Source: Tubiluchus corallicola (lineage: Eukaryota; Animalia; Priapulida). From it: a DNA stretch of 64,000 nt. Position numbers and translations under genes: made by a program. The stretch's first letter is position 1. Each line of letters begins with the position of its first letter. Shown here piece after piece: positions 27,337 to 41,754 of the stretch. The stretch is taken from contig JAQGDQ010000227.1 in assembly GCA_030141605.1 (NCBI GenBank), positions 62,001-126,000 on the forward strand, given 5' to 3'. The notes under the pieces are model-generated. The model was not told where the DNA came from, did not search any database, and worked only from the letters and a program-made list of their open reading frames with translations.

Positions 27337-29238
27337 ATAAAGATTGAATAGAGCGTCTTCGTTCAAGCCATCGTGCCACGTTGTAGATTTTGCTAGATTC
27401 TGTTTACCTGTCTTAATAAAGCACTTTGTTCATGTAGCTTTGCGCTGAGTCTGCTTAAAGCAAGCCTATGGCAATCCAGGTTTTTTACTGCGTAATTTTA
27501 CCAGCTTTCTGCTAGGCGAAAAACACGCTAAACTAATCATTTTACGAAGCCATTAATTTTCTTACGTACAAACACCCATTCACTATATGGATTTGGAGCC
27601 AGGAAGACTCTACCTCCCGCAAAGAAAATCTTTTAAAAGACAGAAACAATTTTCTCTCGGAGTTAATTAGCAATGTCCCGCTTTGCTGTAACACTTAGAC
27701 TACTAGTAACACTAAACTTTAAACAACATTTGAAGTTCATCTCATATCCGCCTGATAGATCTTTAACAACCACTAGACCACATGTATCTATGATGTTTAC
27801 CGCAAGTACAAACTGTTTTTAAATTACCCAAATAAACAAGCCCAGAACTGCAGAAGTTTGGTTGTGTCTAGATAACGTTTAATTGCTCTTCTTGCGGGAT
27901 TCAGTGTTATTTTTTCAACCAGACATTTTGATAAATAACATTTCAGCGGCCCTATACTGTACGGTTCTTTTAACCATCGGAAGTGACGTAAAAATGACGT
28001 AATTTGAAAATTTTGGTGTCAATTTATGTAATAACTAACCTGCGTTTCTTGTTAATTTATATTATAACATTTATAGCATAAAATATTAAAATTTTCTGCA
28101 CGTGAACAAACTTATTACCCGCTTATAAAACTTGATATCGTGTTTATTACTTATAAAAAACATTAATCAAAGAATATTACTAAAGTGTTTGCTATGAATA
28201 GCATTTCAACCGTTAAATTAGAGGCTCGTTTGCCGCTGTGCATTTTCACTAATAATTACATTATGTGTAGTGAACGTTTCCAGTGGGAAACGCCTGGAAC
28301 TTATCGTTGGGAGCAGTGGGGCGGCTCGTAGCTAAAATTAGTGGGAGTGCTGCTTTAGAAAGTTTTTAGCTATTGTTTTAATACTGTGTAAAACGTAACA
28401 AACATGTGTAATTTTAATGTTGTAGTTATGTTTGAAAATCAGGTGTTGAACGGCCTGATTTCTTAACTGCAACTTTCTCATGGAGAGACAACTGTGAAAA
28501 ATTAAGCTGTTGTAGTTCACTTACAGTTACAGAACTTATTTCTTGTGGATGCAAGGCGTCCATTATTAAATAATTTATGTTTTAAGCACAGACGCTAAGT
28601 TTACACTTTATCACATCCAAGAATATGACGGTACACGGTAAGCACGTGGCAATTGTTACTGCGATAGACACAGTACTTTTCTACCTAGCAGCAGACGCTA
28701 GTGTACAGCCTGTTGCCTCAGGCATGCGCTCAACAGCCAAACACCACATTGCTTGGACTGTGAAGTAAATTGTACTTCCCTCACGGTTTTGCACAAGTAT
28801 AAAAAAGAACTAAAGAAAAAAGACTTATTATATTGAATATTATCGATAATAATGAGTGAAAACGAGGGGGGTGCTGTAGTACCACAGTACCTATACACGA
28901 GCTGCCACTCTTTGGGAGATGAAATCAAAATATAAATTAATTTGCGGAAAAATTGAAATTCAAGAAGCTGCTGACGTTGATCCGTTAAGCAAAAGTTTAT
29001 CCGTGATAATCCTCGGCCGAGCGCTGAAACTTATAATGAGATTACGTCCCCCGTGCAATCTGTATCAATAGAGAGACCTGGGCAGTCTGCTCTTTTACTC
29101 AATTCGATTGGAAAATAAACTTGTATTTAACCAAGGACTAAGCTTAATGCTGGCAATACGGTGAAGAGCTTACTGTGACATATTGTACTGGCTGTAACGT
29201 TTTCAACGAGAAGCTTTGAATTTAAGTTCCATTATTAA

Positions 29239-29843
29239 AAGAAGACAGGATGATTTTTCATATACTACCCCATTTTCAAGTCCGATAAAAAGTATACATT
29301 TTAACACAATTAATACTGCTAAAGCGTTTCTGATAATTAAATAATAGATTAAAAAACTTAATTAACGGCGTGCGAGCCCAACTATTCATGACATCACAAA
29401 CTAACATAATTTTCAACACCTAAAACATTCCATGAGTGTGTTGCACGTGCTCGCGAAAGAGAAATTTGAAGTGCAGTGCTACTGTAAGATATGTAGTGTG
29501 TTGTACTAAAACTAGTTTTAAGATAAAAATTCAAATTTCAAATTTACCGCTGTGCTCAAGCATGAGTTGTCGAACGTGTGTAATTCGTCACAAATGAACA
29601 CATCTCAACTTAGTGGTACAGCACCTGTTTTTGTGCAATGCGTTTCCGAAATGCAGGCGCTAACTAGAAAATGGCGAAATGCATGTAATGTGAAAAACTA
29701 GGAGCGCGAACGCGAAATCGTGTTTGTGTGGAAATAATTCTTTCACGTAAGTCATTTTTGAAAAAAAAACGGGTTGTTTCCTTTCAATATTTTAAAGAAT
29801 AGATTGTTTTGATCTACAGTTTAAAATTGAATCCGACTTTGCT
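29239..29843 (+). mobile_element. TTAA-flanked non-autonomous element, family A (Kolobok-like)
   Basis: ttaa|aagaagacagga...tccgactttgct|ttaa; many similar copies in the window. Confidence 0.75.
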
Positions 29844-30071
29844 TTAAGCAAAATAAGCACATGCTTAGGGCCTCAGTGGAAGAGGAACGTCAGACAGTTT
29901 TTTCAAGTCGAATAATTACCAAAAAGTAAAAGATACGTGTGACGGTTTCCGTGTTTGTTAATCAAGATGACGGTACTGAGGGCATCGAGATTCTGGCTAC
30001 TGACCAGCCTGAGTTTGTTCACTTCCCATATGATGAGGCTGGTTGATTAAATAATGTATCACAGTACATTT

Positions 30072-30580
30072 AGTTTAAACATAATTTATTTAGTATTGGA
30101 TCAGACAGTTTGAACAACATGATTTAGGATCCTCACCACAACAGTCTTTATACACTATTTACAAGAACATTTACAGTAAGAATTGACTATAACTACACAA
30201 GCTGACAAGTTTTACTACAAGATTACATTAGACATTAGTAGAAAATGACGGTTAGAAAATATTAATGTACGAATATTTAAGAACGATGCATTTTATATCA
30301 GATAGAAACTACTGGAAGCGTTTAGTACGTAATATAAAGTCGTGTATGCATTCATTGCATTGGAATATTTTACAGTTAGCAACATAGTTAAATTCATCTT
30401 TTCCGAGTAATAACAACTTCAACAGATCATTAGTTCCTAAGGCAGCTAATTAGTTTCGGGCAGAAGTATTGCATTTAATTTATCAAACATAACAACCCTA
30501 GCTAGTTGATACAATGGGCAGTGCAACAAAAAGTGTTCAACAGACTCAAATCGAAATCCACAGTTACAATTCGGCAATAT
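30072..30580 (-). mobile_element. LINE 3' fragment with Zn-knuckle
   Basis: CNCGFRFESVEHFLLHCPLY; near-identical copy at ~34093-34570. Confidence 0.7.
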
Positions 30581-31349
30581 TGGATGACCGTTATTATCTT
30601 TACAGCCTTTAGAGTGTATTTCAAATGCGGTAATGCTTATAAAAATGTCGTGTTACCGAAAAGAGGATAATATTGCTTTTGACTGTATGTATTTGATCAC
30701 ATGGTGGTGATGAATACTATGTGTAGCTTGCTAGCTTACTACGTGACTTCTAAAATAGAAGAAAATGGCATGGGGGTGCGATAATCTTTTCAGTGCAAAG
30801 AGCTTCTTCGTGAAATAATTCAGCACTGAGAGAAGGTCACGTGTTGCAGCTGTAAATGAAAAATCAAAATTCGAATTTAATTTCGGTTTAGCTAATAGTG
30901 AAATTACAAGAATTCCTTTACGTCTGGCGGAGTCAGTTTTTACTCTTCGTGTAACTCCTCATGTTACAGTCTTTTTCTCAAGTTTAAATTTATTTAGCAC
31001 TTGTTCTTGGCAATTCGAGGAAATGGCGACAAGCTAAAATAAATTTACACTTGACGAAACGCGAACCCTCAGCCTTTGATTTTAGTTTCAAATCACTCTA
31101 TCAAGAGTGCTAGTTTCAAGCCTCTCTGTCAACTAAGCCACGCTGTACTCTGTCAAAGTATACATATGACAGTTTATTCGCAGTTTAAATGCGTGAAGGA
31201 AGTTGATCACGTGGTCAGAAGTTACTCCAACAATAACTATTACAACGAGGAAAGAAACAGTAAAGAAAGCACCCATAAGTACAGAGTAATAGATGGGACA
31301 AACAGACATTCTGCGCAGTTTCAGATTCAGTAAGTTTGATTCAGGCAAA

Positions 31350-32000
31350 CTTGGTCCTGCTAATTTTGGTACGAGTAAATTTTTGGTAGCGGAAAATTGT
31401 GCTGTGTACTAGAAACTTTTGGTACAGGGAAATTTTGGCACTGAAAAAAATTGGGTACAGGGAAAATATGGTACTGGTAAACACAATCCCAGTAAACATT
31501 GCCAATTCTGGCAATTAGGGGCCAATTCTGGCCCGTTACTGGCATCATGGCGCGTACAGTATTGGCGATGTTCAAGCGTAAAACCAGTAATCGGGCCAGA
31601 AACTTGCCTGTACTGCACCAGAACTGTTTGCACACTAGCAAGTTACTGGCCCAATTCTAGCAACCAGCGCTGAACCAGCATGGAACCGGAACTGGCGAAG
31701 TTTTACCAACTTTGGCCTGAATCTGGTACAAGGTAAAAATGGTATGGAACAGACCTGGTTCTAGAAAAGTTTTGTCCTAAGAAAATTTGATACAAAAAAC
31801 GTTTGGTACAAGGAATATTTGATTCTACGAAAATATATTTTATATAACCTACTCGAAAAATTATAGGTATCAAAAATTACTTGTACCTAAAGATTGTAGC
31901 ACCAAATTTACCTGTACCAAAATGCCGATGTACCAAAAATTTCTTGTACCAAATTTTGCCAGTAACAAACTGTCCTCGTACTAAATTTACCAGTACCAAG
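31350..32000. mobile_element. Foldback-like element with repeated ttttggtac/gtaccaaaa motifs
   Basis: Left motifs are mirrored by reverse complements on the right. Confidence 0.5.
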
Positions 32001-32563
32001 CTTGCCCGCACCATACTTACTTGAATCATACGTTCCTATATTCGTATAACTTACGGCGTAAGATGGTTGACCTTTTTGCAAAAGGTGCGAAATCGAAAGT
32101 GTAAAACCGTTTTGAAGTTGGATCCAAACTAGCCTCAAAAGAAAATTCGAATGATTAAGTTTTAGAAAAGCATATCGTGTCAGATGGTAAAAATTCACCT
32201 TTTGGGGTCTTTACGACTGCACCCCACCAAACAGTACTGCCCTTTTCCAAATTGGACAAAATGGTGGTTTAAAAGAAACACTCACGGCTAGAAAGCGGTA
32301 ATTACCGTGCTGAGCCGCGGTTTAGACCGCCGTTCTCTGTATAATCTCGTTTACATGCTAATCCCGTTTCCTATCACGTACAAAGTGAATTCCCTAATGG
32401 TTGCACTTCTTAAAACGCTTTAGAACTACTGTACTTTGTTTAGAATTGAAGATTTGAATGGAAATGACGCTAAATTTGCAGAAAAAGAACACAACTTCCA
32501 TTTTCTGACCATCAAAACTAACGCTCCCTCTAGCGGCCCAGTGGTGCAGCCCGCCAAGCTTAA

Positions 32564-33590
32564 AACAAAACCCGACCCAATCTTAAACTGTAGATCAAAA
32601 CAATCTACTCTTTCAAATATTGAAACGAAACATACTATTTTTTTTCAAGAATGACTTACGTCAAAGAATTATTACCACACAAACACAATTTCACGTTCAC
32701 GTCACTAGTTCTTCGCTGTTACATGCATTTCCCTATTCACTAGTTAGACGGGCACTGGCGCCTGCATTTCGGAAATGCATTGCACAACAAACAGGTGCTG
32801 TATCTCCCAGTTCAAGTGTGTTAGTTTAACCATGCCTAGTTTTAGTACAACACACTGAATATCTTACAGTAGCACTGTACTTCAATTTTCGCTTTCGATA
32901 CGCACGCTCGTGGAATATTTTAGCTGTTGAAAATTATGTTAGACTGTGATGTCATCAATTTACTACCCCATTTTCAAGTCTGATAAAAAGTAATCATTTT
33001 AACACAATTAATACTGCAAAAGTGTTTCTGATAATTAAATAATAGATTAAAAACTTAATTAACGGCGGGCGAGCCCAGCTATTGATAACATCGCAAACCG
33101 GCATAATTTTTAACGGCAAAAATATTCCACGAGCGTGTTGCACGTGTTTAAGAAAGCGAAAATTGAAGTAAAGTGCTACTGTACGATATTCAGTGTGTTG
33201 TACAAAAACTAGGCAAGTTTTAAGATAAAAATTCAAATTTCAAATTTACCGCTGCGTTCACACATGAGTTGTCGAACGTGTGTAGTTCATCAGAAACTAA
33301 GACATCTGAAGTGAGAGGTACAGCACCTGTTTTTTGTGCAATGCGTTTCTGAGATGCAGGAGCTAATGCCCGTCTAACTAATGAATGCCGAAATGCATGT
33401 AACAGCGAAGAACTAGTGGCGCGAAGGTGAAATTGTGTTTGTGCGGTAACAATTCTTTCACGAAAGTCATTTCACGTAACCAGTAAAATCACTTTAAAGT
33501 CGCGATCACTTCATGCTTGGGCGCTCCCATTTTCAAATAGCATGTTCCCTTTCAATATTTTAAAGTGTAGATTGTTTTGACCTACAGAAA
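32564..33590. mobile_element. Two family A copies abutting in opposite orientation
   Basis: - copy ~32564-32958, then + copy ~32960-33590. Confidence 0.7.
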
Positions 33591-34092
33591 AGTTGGCTCA
33601 GGATGATTTACACTATAATTATTTTTAAAATGGCCTATATTTGAGTTCGATACCAGCTATAGTACTATGAATAATGTTGGAGATATTGCAAACACATTTT
33701 ACTTTTAGGCAACGTTTTAACGCCGTTCGTGTAAAATTGGCGAATTAAAAGTTCAGAATTCAATTTATAGACCAATATGCAATCGTATTCTGCGTGTCCA
33801 TGTTGGCTAGTTGCGACTCACATTCTTGTATTTTCCTATGACCAAAAGCAACATGGCGGACATGGTTCTGCCCAACAGCGCCAGCAGGGAGGCTTGCATT
33901 TGTTATTTTTCGTTTGCTTTTGGTCAATTTGTAGCTATATGTCACCACTGTTCGCCTGCATGGAACCCGAGTCAATGCGATGACATCGAAATAATTGAAA
34001 ATGTTTAGCTGCATTTCATTTGCAGATTTTTTACATATGCAACATAAATGTCAGCTATCTGGAAATATATATATATATTAGGACTAAATATT

Positions 34093-34570
34093 AGTTTGAA
34101 CATAATTTATTATAGGATTGGATCAGACAGTTTGAACAACATGATTTAGGATCCTCACCACAACAGACTTTATACACTATTTACAAAAACATTCACAGTA
34201 AGAATAGACTATAACTACACAAGCTAACAAGTTTTACTACAAGATTAAATTAGACATTGGTAGAAAATCACGATTAGAAAGTATTAATGTACGAATATTT
34301 AAGACTGATGCATTTCATATCAGATAGAAACTACTGGAAGCGTTTAGTACGTAACATAAAGTCATGTATGCATTGGAATATTTTACAGTTTGCAACATAG
34401 TTAAATTCATCTTTTCCGAATAATAACAACTTCAAGATCATTAGTTCCTAAGGCAGTTTTATTAAGGTTTTCGGGCAGTAGTATTTCATTTAGCTTATCA
34501 AACACAACAACCCTAGTTTGTTGATACAATGGGCAGTGCAACAAAAAGTGTTCAACAGACTTTCAACAGA
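34093..34570 (-). mobile_element. 5'-truncated copy of the same LINE
   Basis: Flanked by the direct repeat actaaatatt (34083 and 34571). Confidence 0.7.
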
Positions 34571-35209
34571 ACTAAATATTTTAGGACTAAAGGCTCTGGA
34601 GGGGCGCTGCCTTGAATCGGGTTTAATCATGCACTATAAAACTGTTGATAAAGAGCTCTAGATTTTGACAGATTTCTTACTAAGGCAGTGGTCAACAAAA
34701 CTAGCAGTAACCATTCGTTCAAACTCTTTATTAGACATACTGAGAAAAAGAATTTGGTGACTTTTTCTCTGAGAAGCTGTCTGGAATGGCTTACCTGCAC
34801 AAATAAATTGATTTTCACTTGTAACAGCACAGACCACAAAACTTTTTAAAACTAGATTAAACGCTGCGAGCTTTTTGCTTTTTGATGGGCGCCTTTAAGC
34901 AGGTAATTTTACCTCTGAGCGTCTCCCCCACATCCATTGATTTGATGATTTTTATGTAAACATGTGTTTTTTAACTATTGTTTGAGCGTGATGTGAAAGT
35001 AAATAAAATTAAATAAAATTAAATAAATGTCAGTAATGATAGCCAGTTAAGCAAGACAGTCGCTTGCATGACGTCACGGCTTTAAATTATTTACTCCGCG
35101 GAGGGCAGTCAAATTAGACCACACACGCTTTAAGGCTAGCTCACACTAATGACAGGAAATGTCCTCAGTGGGTGTTCAAATTAACCACAGCGCCTCCTAC
35201 CGGTTTCAG

Positions 35210-35341
35210 CTGCAGCGTTCGATGAGTCAGCTGGAAGTGATGGCTTCTTTACTAGCGGCAGTAGGACACGATCTAGATCATCCAGGAGTTAATCAAGGTT
35301 TCCTAATATCTACCTCCAATCACCTAGCCAGTCTTTACAAG
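35210..35341 (+). CDS. PDE7: PDE7-like exon ([44 protein letters not shown])
   Basis: tttcag|...aag|gtgagg; 132 bp; HDxDHPG metal-binding signature. Confidence 0.95.
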
Positions 35342-35624
35342 GTGAGGTTTAATTAACAAGCCACCCAAAGCAACAGCAAACCAAAGCTTAATAAATAAGC
35401 TGCAAGCACAAGAACCTTATATACAGATTAACGGCGTCTGTGTGTGATTGCTGTATGGAAGCCAAGTTTATCGTATGATTCATTAATAAGTAAAACGGGC
35501 TGTATTTCATTATTATGACAGCAAATTAAGCATCATAATAGTAAAATACTGTCTGCAACCATCGCATAAATTTCATTAGTTCCGCTCATTTTGTTAATGG
35601 CTTTTGTGTAATGGGGATATAAGC

Positions 35625-36399
<775 letters not shown>

Positions 36400-36575
36400 G
36401 CGTACATGTATGCATGTCCCTATATCCTTCCAGTTATATATTAGTGCACTATACATCCGGCTATAAATCCATCTAACTATACATCGCAATGCTTTTTCGA
36501 ATCCTTTGAGAAGTGACCCTTGGCAGACGTTAAGAATCACTCAGATAAAACATCTTTCATCTCACAAGTAACAGC

Positions 36576-37090
36576 TCACAATTAATGCTCATCGATCATT
36601 AATACTGATCACAATTAATGCTCATCGATCATTAATACTGATCACAATTAATGCTCATCGATCATTAATACTGATCACAATTAATGCTCATCGATCATTA
36701 ATACTGATCACAATTAATGCTCATCGATCATTAATACTGATCACAATTAATGCTCATCGATCATTAATACTGATCACAATTAATGCTCATCGATCATTAG
36801 TACTTATCACAATTAATGCTCATCGATCATTAATACTTATCACAATTAATGCTCATCGATCATTAATACTTATCACAATTAATGCTCATCGATCATTAAT
36901 ACTGATCACAATTAATGCTCATCGATCATTAATACTGATCACAATTAATGCTCATCGATCATTAATACTGATCACAATTAATGCTCATCGATCATTAATA
37001 CTGATCACAATTAATGCTCATCGATCATTAATACTGATCACAATTAATGCTCATCGATCATTAGTACTGATCACAATTAATGCTCATCGA
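36576..37090. repeat. 33-bp minisatellite, ~15 copies
   Basis: Unit tcacaattaatgctcatcgatcattaatactga. Confidence 0.97.
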
Positions 37091-37157
37091 ATCAAATAAC
37101 AGTTAACTTTTGTTTTCCTGTGGACCTTAAGGACTAATGATGCTGTTGCTTTTACAG

Positions 37158-37331
37158 AATTGCTCAGTTTTAGAAAATCATCACTGGAGGAAGTTAATCA
37201 GCATCCTGCGGGAGAGTGAACTACTGAACCACCTATCCAATCCAGAATGGGAGGAAGTGCGATGGCAGTGCCAGACCCTCATTCTAGCTACTGACATTAC
37301 TCGACAACAAGAGTTCCTCACTAGATTCAAG
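37158..37331 (+). CDS. PDE7: PDE7-like exon (NCSVLENHHWR...LILATDITRQQEFLTRFK)
   Basis: tttacag|...aag|gtgctc; 174 bp; SVLENHH and LATD motifs. Confidence 0.93.
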
Positions 37332-37862
37332 GTGCTCTGCAGGGGCATATTAACCAATAGGATAGCCTAGAGTTTAGAAAAAGGGGCGTCACATTTTAGA
37401 AAAAAATCTTATTCTCCTCGGAAAATGTGTATATTTTGATAATCACGTAACGGCCACATTTGATAACACGCCACAGGCAGTTACTGGGTGCAGCTTTTAA
37501 ATAAGTGCCACATAACGAACAGGTGCAAGATATTACACAACATGTACTTGTATACATATATAATTATATGCAATATGTAATTTATACTTTTGCTTAGATA
37601 GCGAAGAACGTGTTACAAATGCTCTGATTATTTTCTTGGAAGTTTCAAACTTGACTTAAACCACTTACCGTAAAAATGGCGACACCTAATGGTGGTCGAG
37701 GGAGTTTAAATTTACTAGTTTTGTACAGCGTTACAGCCAATACAAGCCCTCTCTGCATGCAATAAGACGGCATGTAAATGATGTAAAAAATTTTAAAGCG
37801 AATTTTTAAGCTTTATTTGCGAAGAGCGTTTTTTTGTACTTTAAACATTTTGTGCATTTCAG

Positions 37863-37925
37863 AAACATTTAGACAAAGAAGATCTAGACATGTCAGTTTA
37901 CGATCATAGGCATTTCATACTAGAG
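37863..37925 (+). CDS. PDE7: PDE7-like exon (KHLDKEDLDMSVYDHRHFILE)
   Basis: tttcag|...gag|gtaaac; 63 bp; resembles PDE7 'SHLDRGDL...HRHLVLQ'. Confidence 0.88.
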
Positions 37926-38086
37926 GTAAACAAGTTCATCTTGGTCTAATAAGCTCATTTACAAGTGCCTGCATCTTATAATCAATCCCAGAAGTATTAA
38001 AATTGTCAGGTGCATGTTACGGTTATGCTACTTTGATTAATAGACGTTTATACAAATGATCTAAAGATGAACATGTCACATTTCAG

Positions 38087-38183
38087 ATTACATTAAAGTG
38101 TGCGGATATTTGTAACCCATGCAGGCGTTGGGAGATCAGTAAACGTTGGAGTGAGAGAGCTTGCGAAGAGTTTTTCCAGCAAG
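38087..38183 (+). CDS. PDE7: PDE7-like exon ([33 protein letters not shown])
   Basis: tttcag|...g|gtatat; 97 bp. CADICNPCR is PDE7-type (PDE4 has CADLSNP). Confidence 0.95.
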
Positions 38184-38839
38184 GTATATCATTCATGTGT
38201 CACAGTTATTATCATGTAACACTTGTAATCACAATTACAAGAACAAAGAAAATTGTCGAATATTAGAAGCAATTCTACACTTCTGATTGGCTAAAATGCA
38301 AATTACAATTTTGCAGTATAAGAGCGAAACAAGACTTCTACTGCACGGCTCTTCAAAATAGCAGTATAGCAGCTCAAAGCATTTTTGATTGGTTAATTGT
38401 ATGTGTAGCGGATTTCTATTGGCTAACCATGCCTGTCAGGGTATTACAGTAATCCTGGCAGGCCATTGGTCAAACTTTTATCTACTGTACCAGAGTAGTG
38501 AAGTTGCAGCAGTTGCGAAATTTGTGCCCTCATGTATTTACAATGCAATGTTCGATTGTTGAAGCCTGGATTTTATATATGTATTGAAAAAGTGCCCCCC
38601 TCCAACATTTTCATGGTATATGCAGGTATTATATCAGTCAGAGTGAACATTTCAGTGATATAATATACACTGTACAGCAGTGCATCAAATTTCAGCTTAA
38701 ATTAAACCAATGTTATTATTACACCAACCTAATGAACAGTTTTAATTAAATGACCATTTTCAGCAATTCGTCCCACAATGAAAACGGATGCTGCGTGTAA
38801 ATGGACATTAAGCCCTAATTGCTAATTATTATCTTATAG

Positions 38840-38920
38840 GTGATACGGAGAGAAAGCTAGGGTTGGCTGTAACTCCACTTTGTGACAGACTCAGCACCAC
38901 TGTGCCAAAAATACAAGCAG
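38840..38920 (+). CDS. PDE7: PDE7-like exon ([27 protein letters not shown])
   Basis: cttatag|...g|gtatat; 81 bp; PLCDR and the invariant purine-binding Gln. Confidence 0.93.
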
Positions 38921-39960
38921 GTATATAACTAATAGCTTAATAACAGCAATAAAACAAGTCTGGTGTGTCCTTATTTTATCCGAATAAGATGTGACTAAGC
39001 CTTTAGCAAAGTCCAGCACAATTTGTGTAACATAACCAACTTAAGTCAGGGAATGATAAGTAGGAGTGAATCGAACATTCGAATTCGATTCGAATTTTTC
39101 ATTTGAAACGCTTTTATTTAGGTCATACCTGGTAGCCATTTCATTAATTATCCATTGTTTTTTTATTATAAATGTTCTTATGATTGTAGTGCTTCTTAAC
39201 AATTAGAAATGTTGTTTAAACTAAAAGAAATTGAGACAATGCTTTGCGGAAATTAGTGCATTTTACAATTTCTTTACTGGTCTGTTTACTCATTTGACTA
39301 CTTAATTAGTGCATAACAGGCTCTGCCTATATAAACTGGTTGTATTTTTGTAAATTTACCCCTGATGATGACAGCAGCAGCTAGTCGAATCGTTTGGCAT
39401 GATTTTAACTCTTAACTTTTTAATGTAAAAGTTTTTAATAAAGTCGTGTTGTTTTTAACTATAAACGTATATATAAACTGTTTACTTTTAATAGTTAACG
39501 TACTTTTATGTGTTAATTTAACAACTAGAACCAATTTAGTGACAAGCCACTCTAACATGGCCATTACTAACACGCCAACTTAAATTGCTATTATCATGTT
39601 ACTGAAGCCTAAACGCTTGATGACCGCACGGTCTCTCTCCACCCCATCTCTCTCTCTCTCTCTCCGACTTATTATTGCGTGCTATTATCTTATTATGTTA
39701 CAATATTCATATACGAGACGCATAAATAAACCTCACATTCAAAAAAATTAAACTCAACTTCAAATTGGAAAACGACCATGTTAGATCGCCGTATTTCTAA
39801 CCAAAGCGCTGCGCATGCGCATTCAAGTAATGCTCGCTCCATTTAAAGTGTTACTTTTGTGGAATATATAGACAAACTTACTATTAATATATGTATGAAT
39901 CGTGCTGTAGGCAGTAGGCGAATAAACACGTTTTTAAAGAAGTTTGACAAAGTAACTTAA

Positions 39961-40593
39961 AGGACAAGAAAAGGGGTACCAGAAGTAGGTTTCAGAAAAA
40001 TCGTCTTAAAAATTTTATTACTTTATAGCCATTTCATGCAAATATCGTGCTTGTGTTAAAAGGAATTTTTGTTTGTTTTCATTTCAAATCTTTCTCAGTA
40101 CTATTCCGACGGCGCCCTTACATTACGTTACCTACACAAACGTAAATCAGGGGAAGAAAAGGCAATGTTAAATTATGTCCCAAAAACTTTCCGTGCAAAT
40201 CTATATTGCTTAGTATTACATAAGACTTATGTAACTAGAAATAATAATTTAAAATGTTCGTGCCAATTGGTAAAATGTCGCTGGTTCACCCTCCAGGGTG
40301 CACCACTCACTAAGCAAAAACGTATTTGTAATGTTATTGACAATATACAGTCATTTAAAATTTTACCTAGTTAATAATATGTGTGCTACGCATGCTCTGA
40401 TTATTTTTTAAAACTTCACCCAATGTTATTAAAATGGCTGCGTCTAACGGTCACCGCGGGAGTTTAAATGTACAAATTTTATGCAGCGTTACTGCCGACG
40501 CGAGCTCTGCATGCAAAAAGGCAGTACGTAAACTGTATAAAATTTTACGACAAATTTTTTAAGCTATGTGTAAGTGGAGGATTTTCTTGTGCT
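39961..40593 (+). mobile_element. TTAA-flanked non-autonomous element, family C (Kolobok-like)
   Basis: ttaa|aggacaagaaaa...ttttcttgtgct|ttaa. Other copies at ~230-870, ~37615-37845 (partial) and 59799-60451. Confidence 0.78.
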
Positions 40594-40701
40594 TTAAGCA
40601 ACAGAAGGACATATACAAGGTGAGATATAAAAGACCTACAGGTTAGTCTGTTATCATTAAAAGTTTATAGTTTTCACTGGAACAGATTCTATAAATGACA
40701 G

Positions 40702-40876
40702 GTTTTATGGAATTCGTGGTCGGGCCGTTGTTCAAACTGTGGCAGAACTTTATGCCTTCCGATTTGTCGACATACATGATGAAATGCTTGGAAACCAACA
40801 AGAAACGATGGCAAGACATTTCCTCAAAGGAAGAAATGGATTCATTTAATGAGATTGATGAAGAGAAAGAAAACAG
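40702..40876 (+). CDS. PDE7: PDE7-like exon (FMEFVVGPLFKLWQNF...NKKRWQD...EKEN), end of catalytic domain
   Basis: gacag|...aacag|gtaaga; 175 bp, phase 1/2. Confidence 0.92.
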
Positions 40877-41754
40877 GTAAGACACTGTGTTAAATCAGTT
40901 TAGCCATGCCACAATGATCCCAGCACAAAAACATTTTCAAAAATTGCACTGATTCCACTTGGCGGATGCACAAACAATCAATTTTCAAAATGCATCACAA
41001 TCATCTGGGTTTGGTTAGGAGTTCTTCTTAGTTAAGCAATGCTGACTTTGTGAAGTACTGCAATGGGTAACCACAACAGGATAATCGAACATTTATTGCT
41101 CTCAGCAATAAATTTTATTGCAATTAGGGAGAGTCTCCTTGATGTAGAATGGGATCCCTCCAAAACCATTTCTCCATTTCCACTTGTCTTCAGCATCTTG
41201 ATGTGGGTAATTCTCTCACGCAAGAGTTTAAAGTTTGAATAAATTCCTTTTAAGTGGCATTTTTATCTTGGTATGGAGTATGAGAACCTGGAAAAGTTAA
41301 AATCGAATGACAGCCCTGGGCCTCATATGGCTTGCCACATATGAATTAATGCATTTGGTTAGTATTTAGTAACACTGAGCGTCAAGTCTGAAAATTAAAA
41401 TTAGATTCGAACGAGTTTTTTTAGCTCGAATTCGATTCAAACCTGAAATTATATGTTCAAATAATTCAACTACATATGTTCTTTACCATTAAGTCGTTTG
41501 AGACAGCACGCATTCAATTCATCTGTAATTTCAGTGCGCAATTTTTAAACGAACTGTTAGTTTTTTTACTACAGAACGAAATCACGTAATGGACATGATA
41601 TTTGTGAGATCAAAAATTATGAGTGATTCGAAAATGCTGAAATTCGGTTTGATTCGAATTCGATAGTCACAAGTTCAATTCGATTCGAATTCGCTTTCTG
41701 GTAGAGAGCGCTTAGTTCTAGTATTTAGGTCTGAAAACGAGTTTCTCTTTTCAG

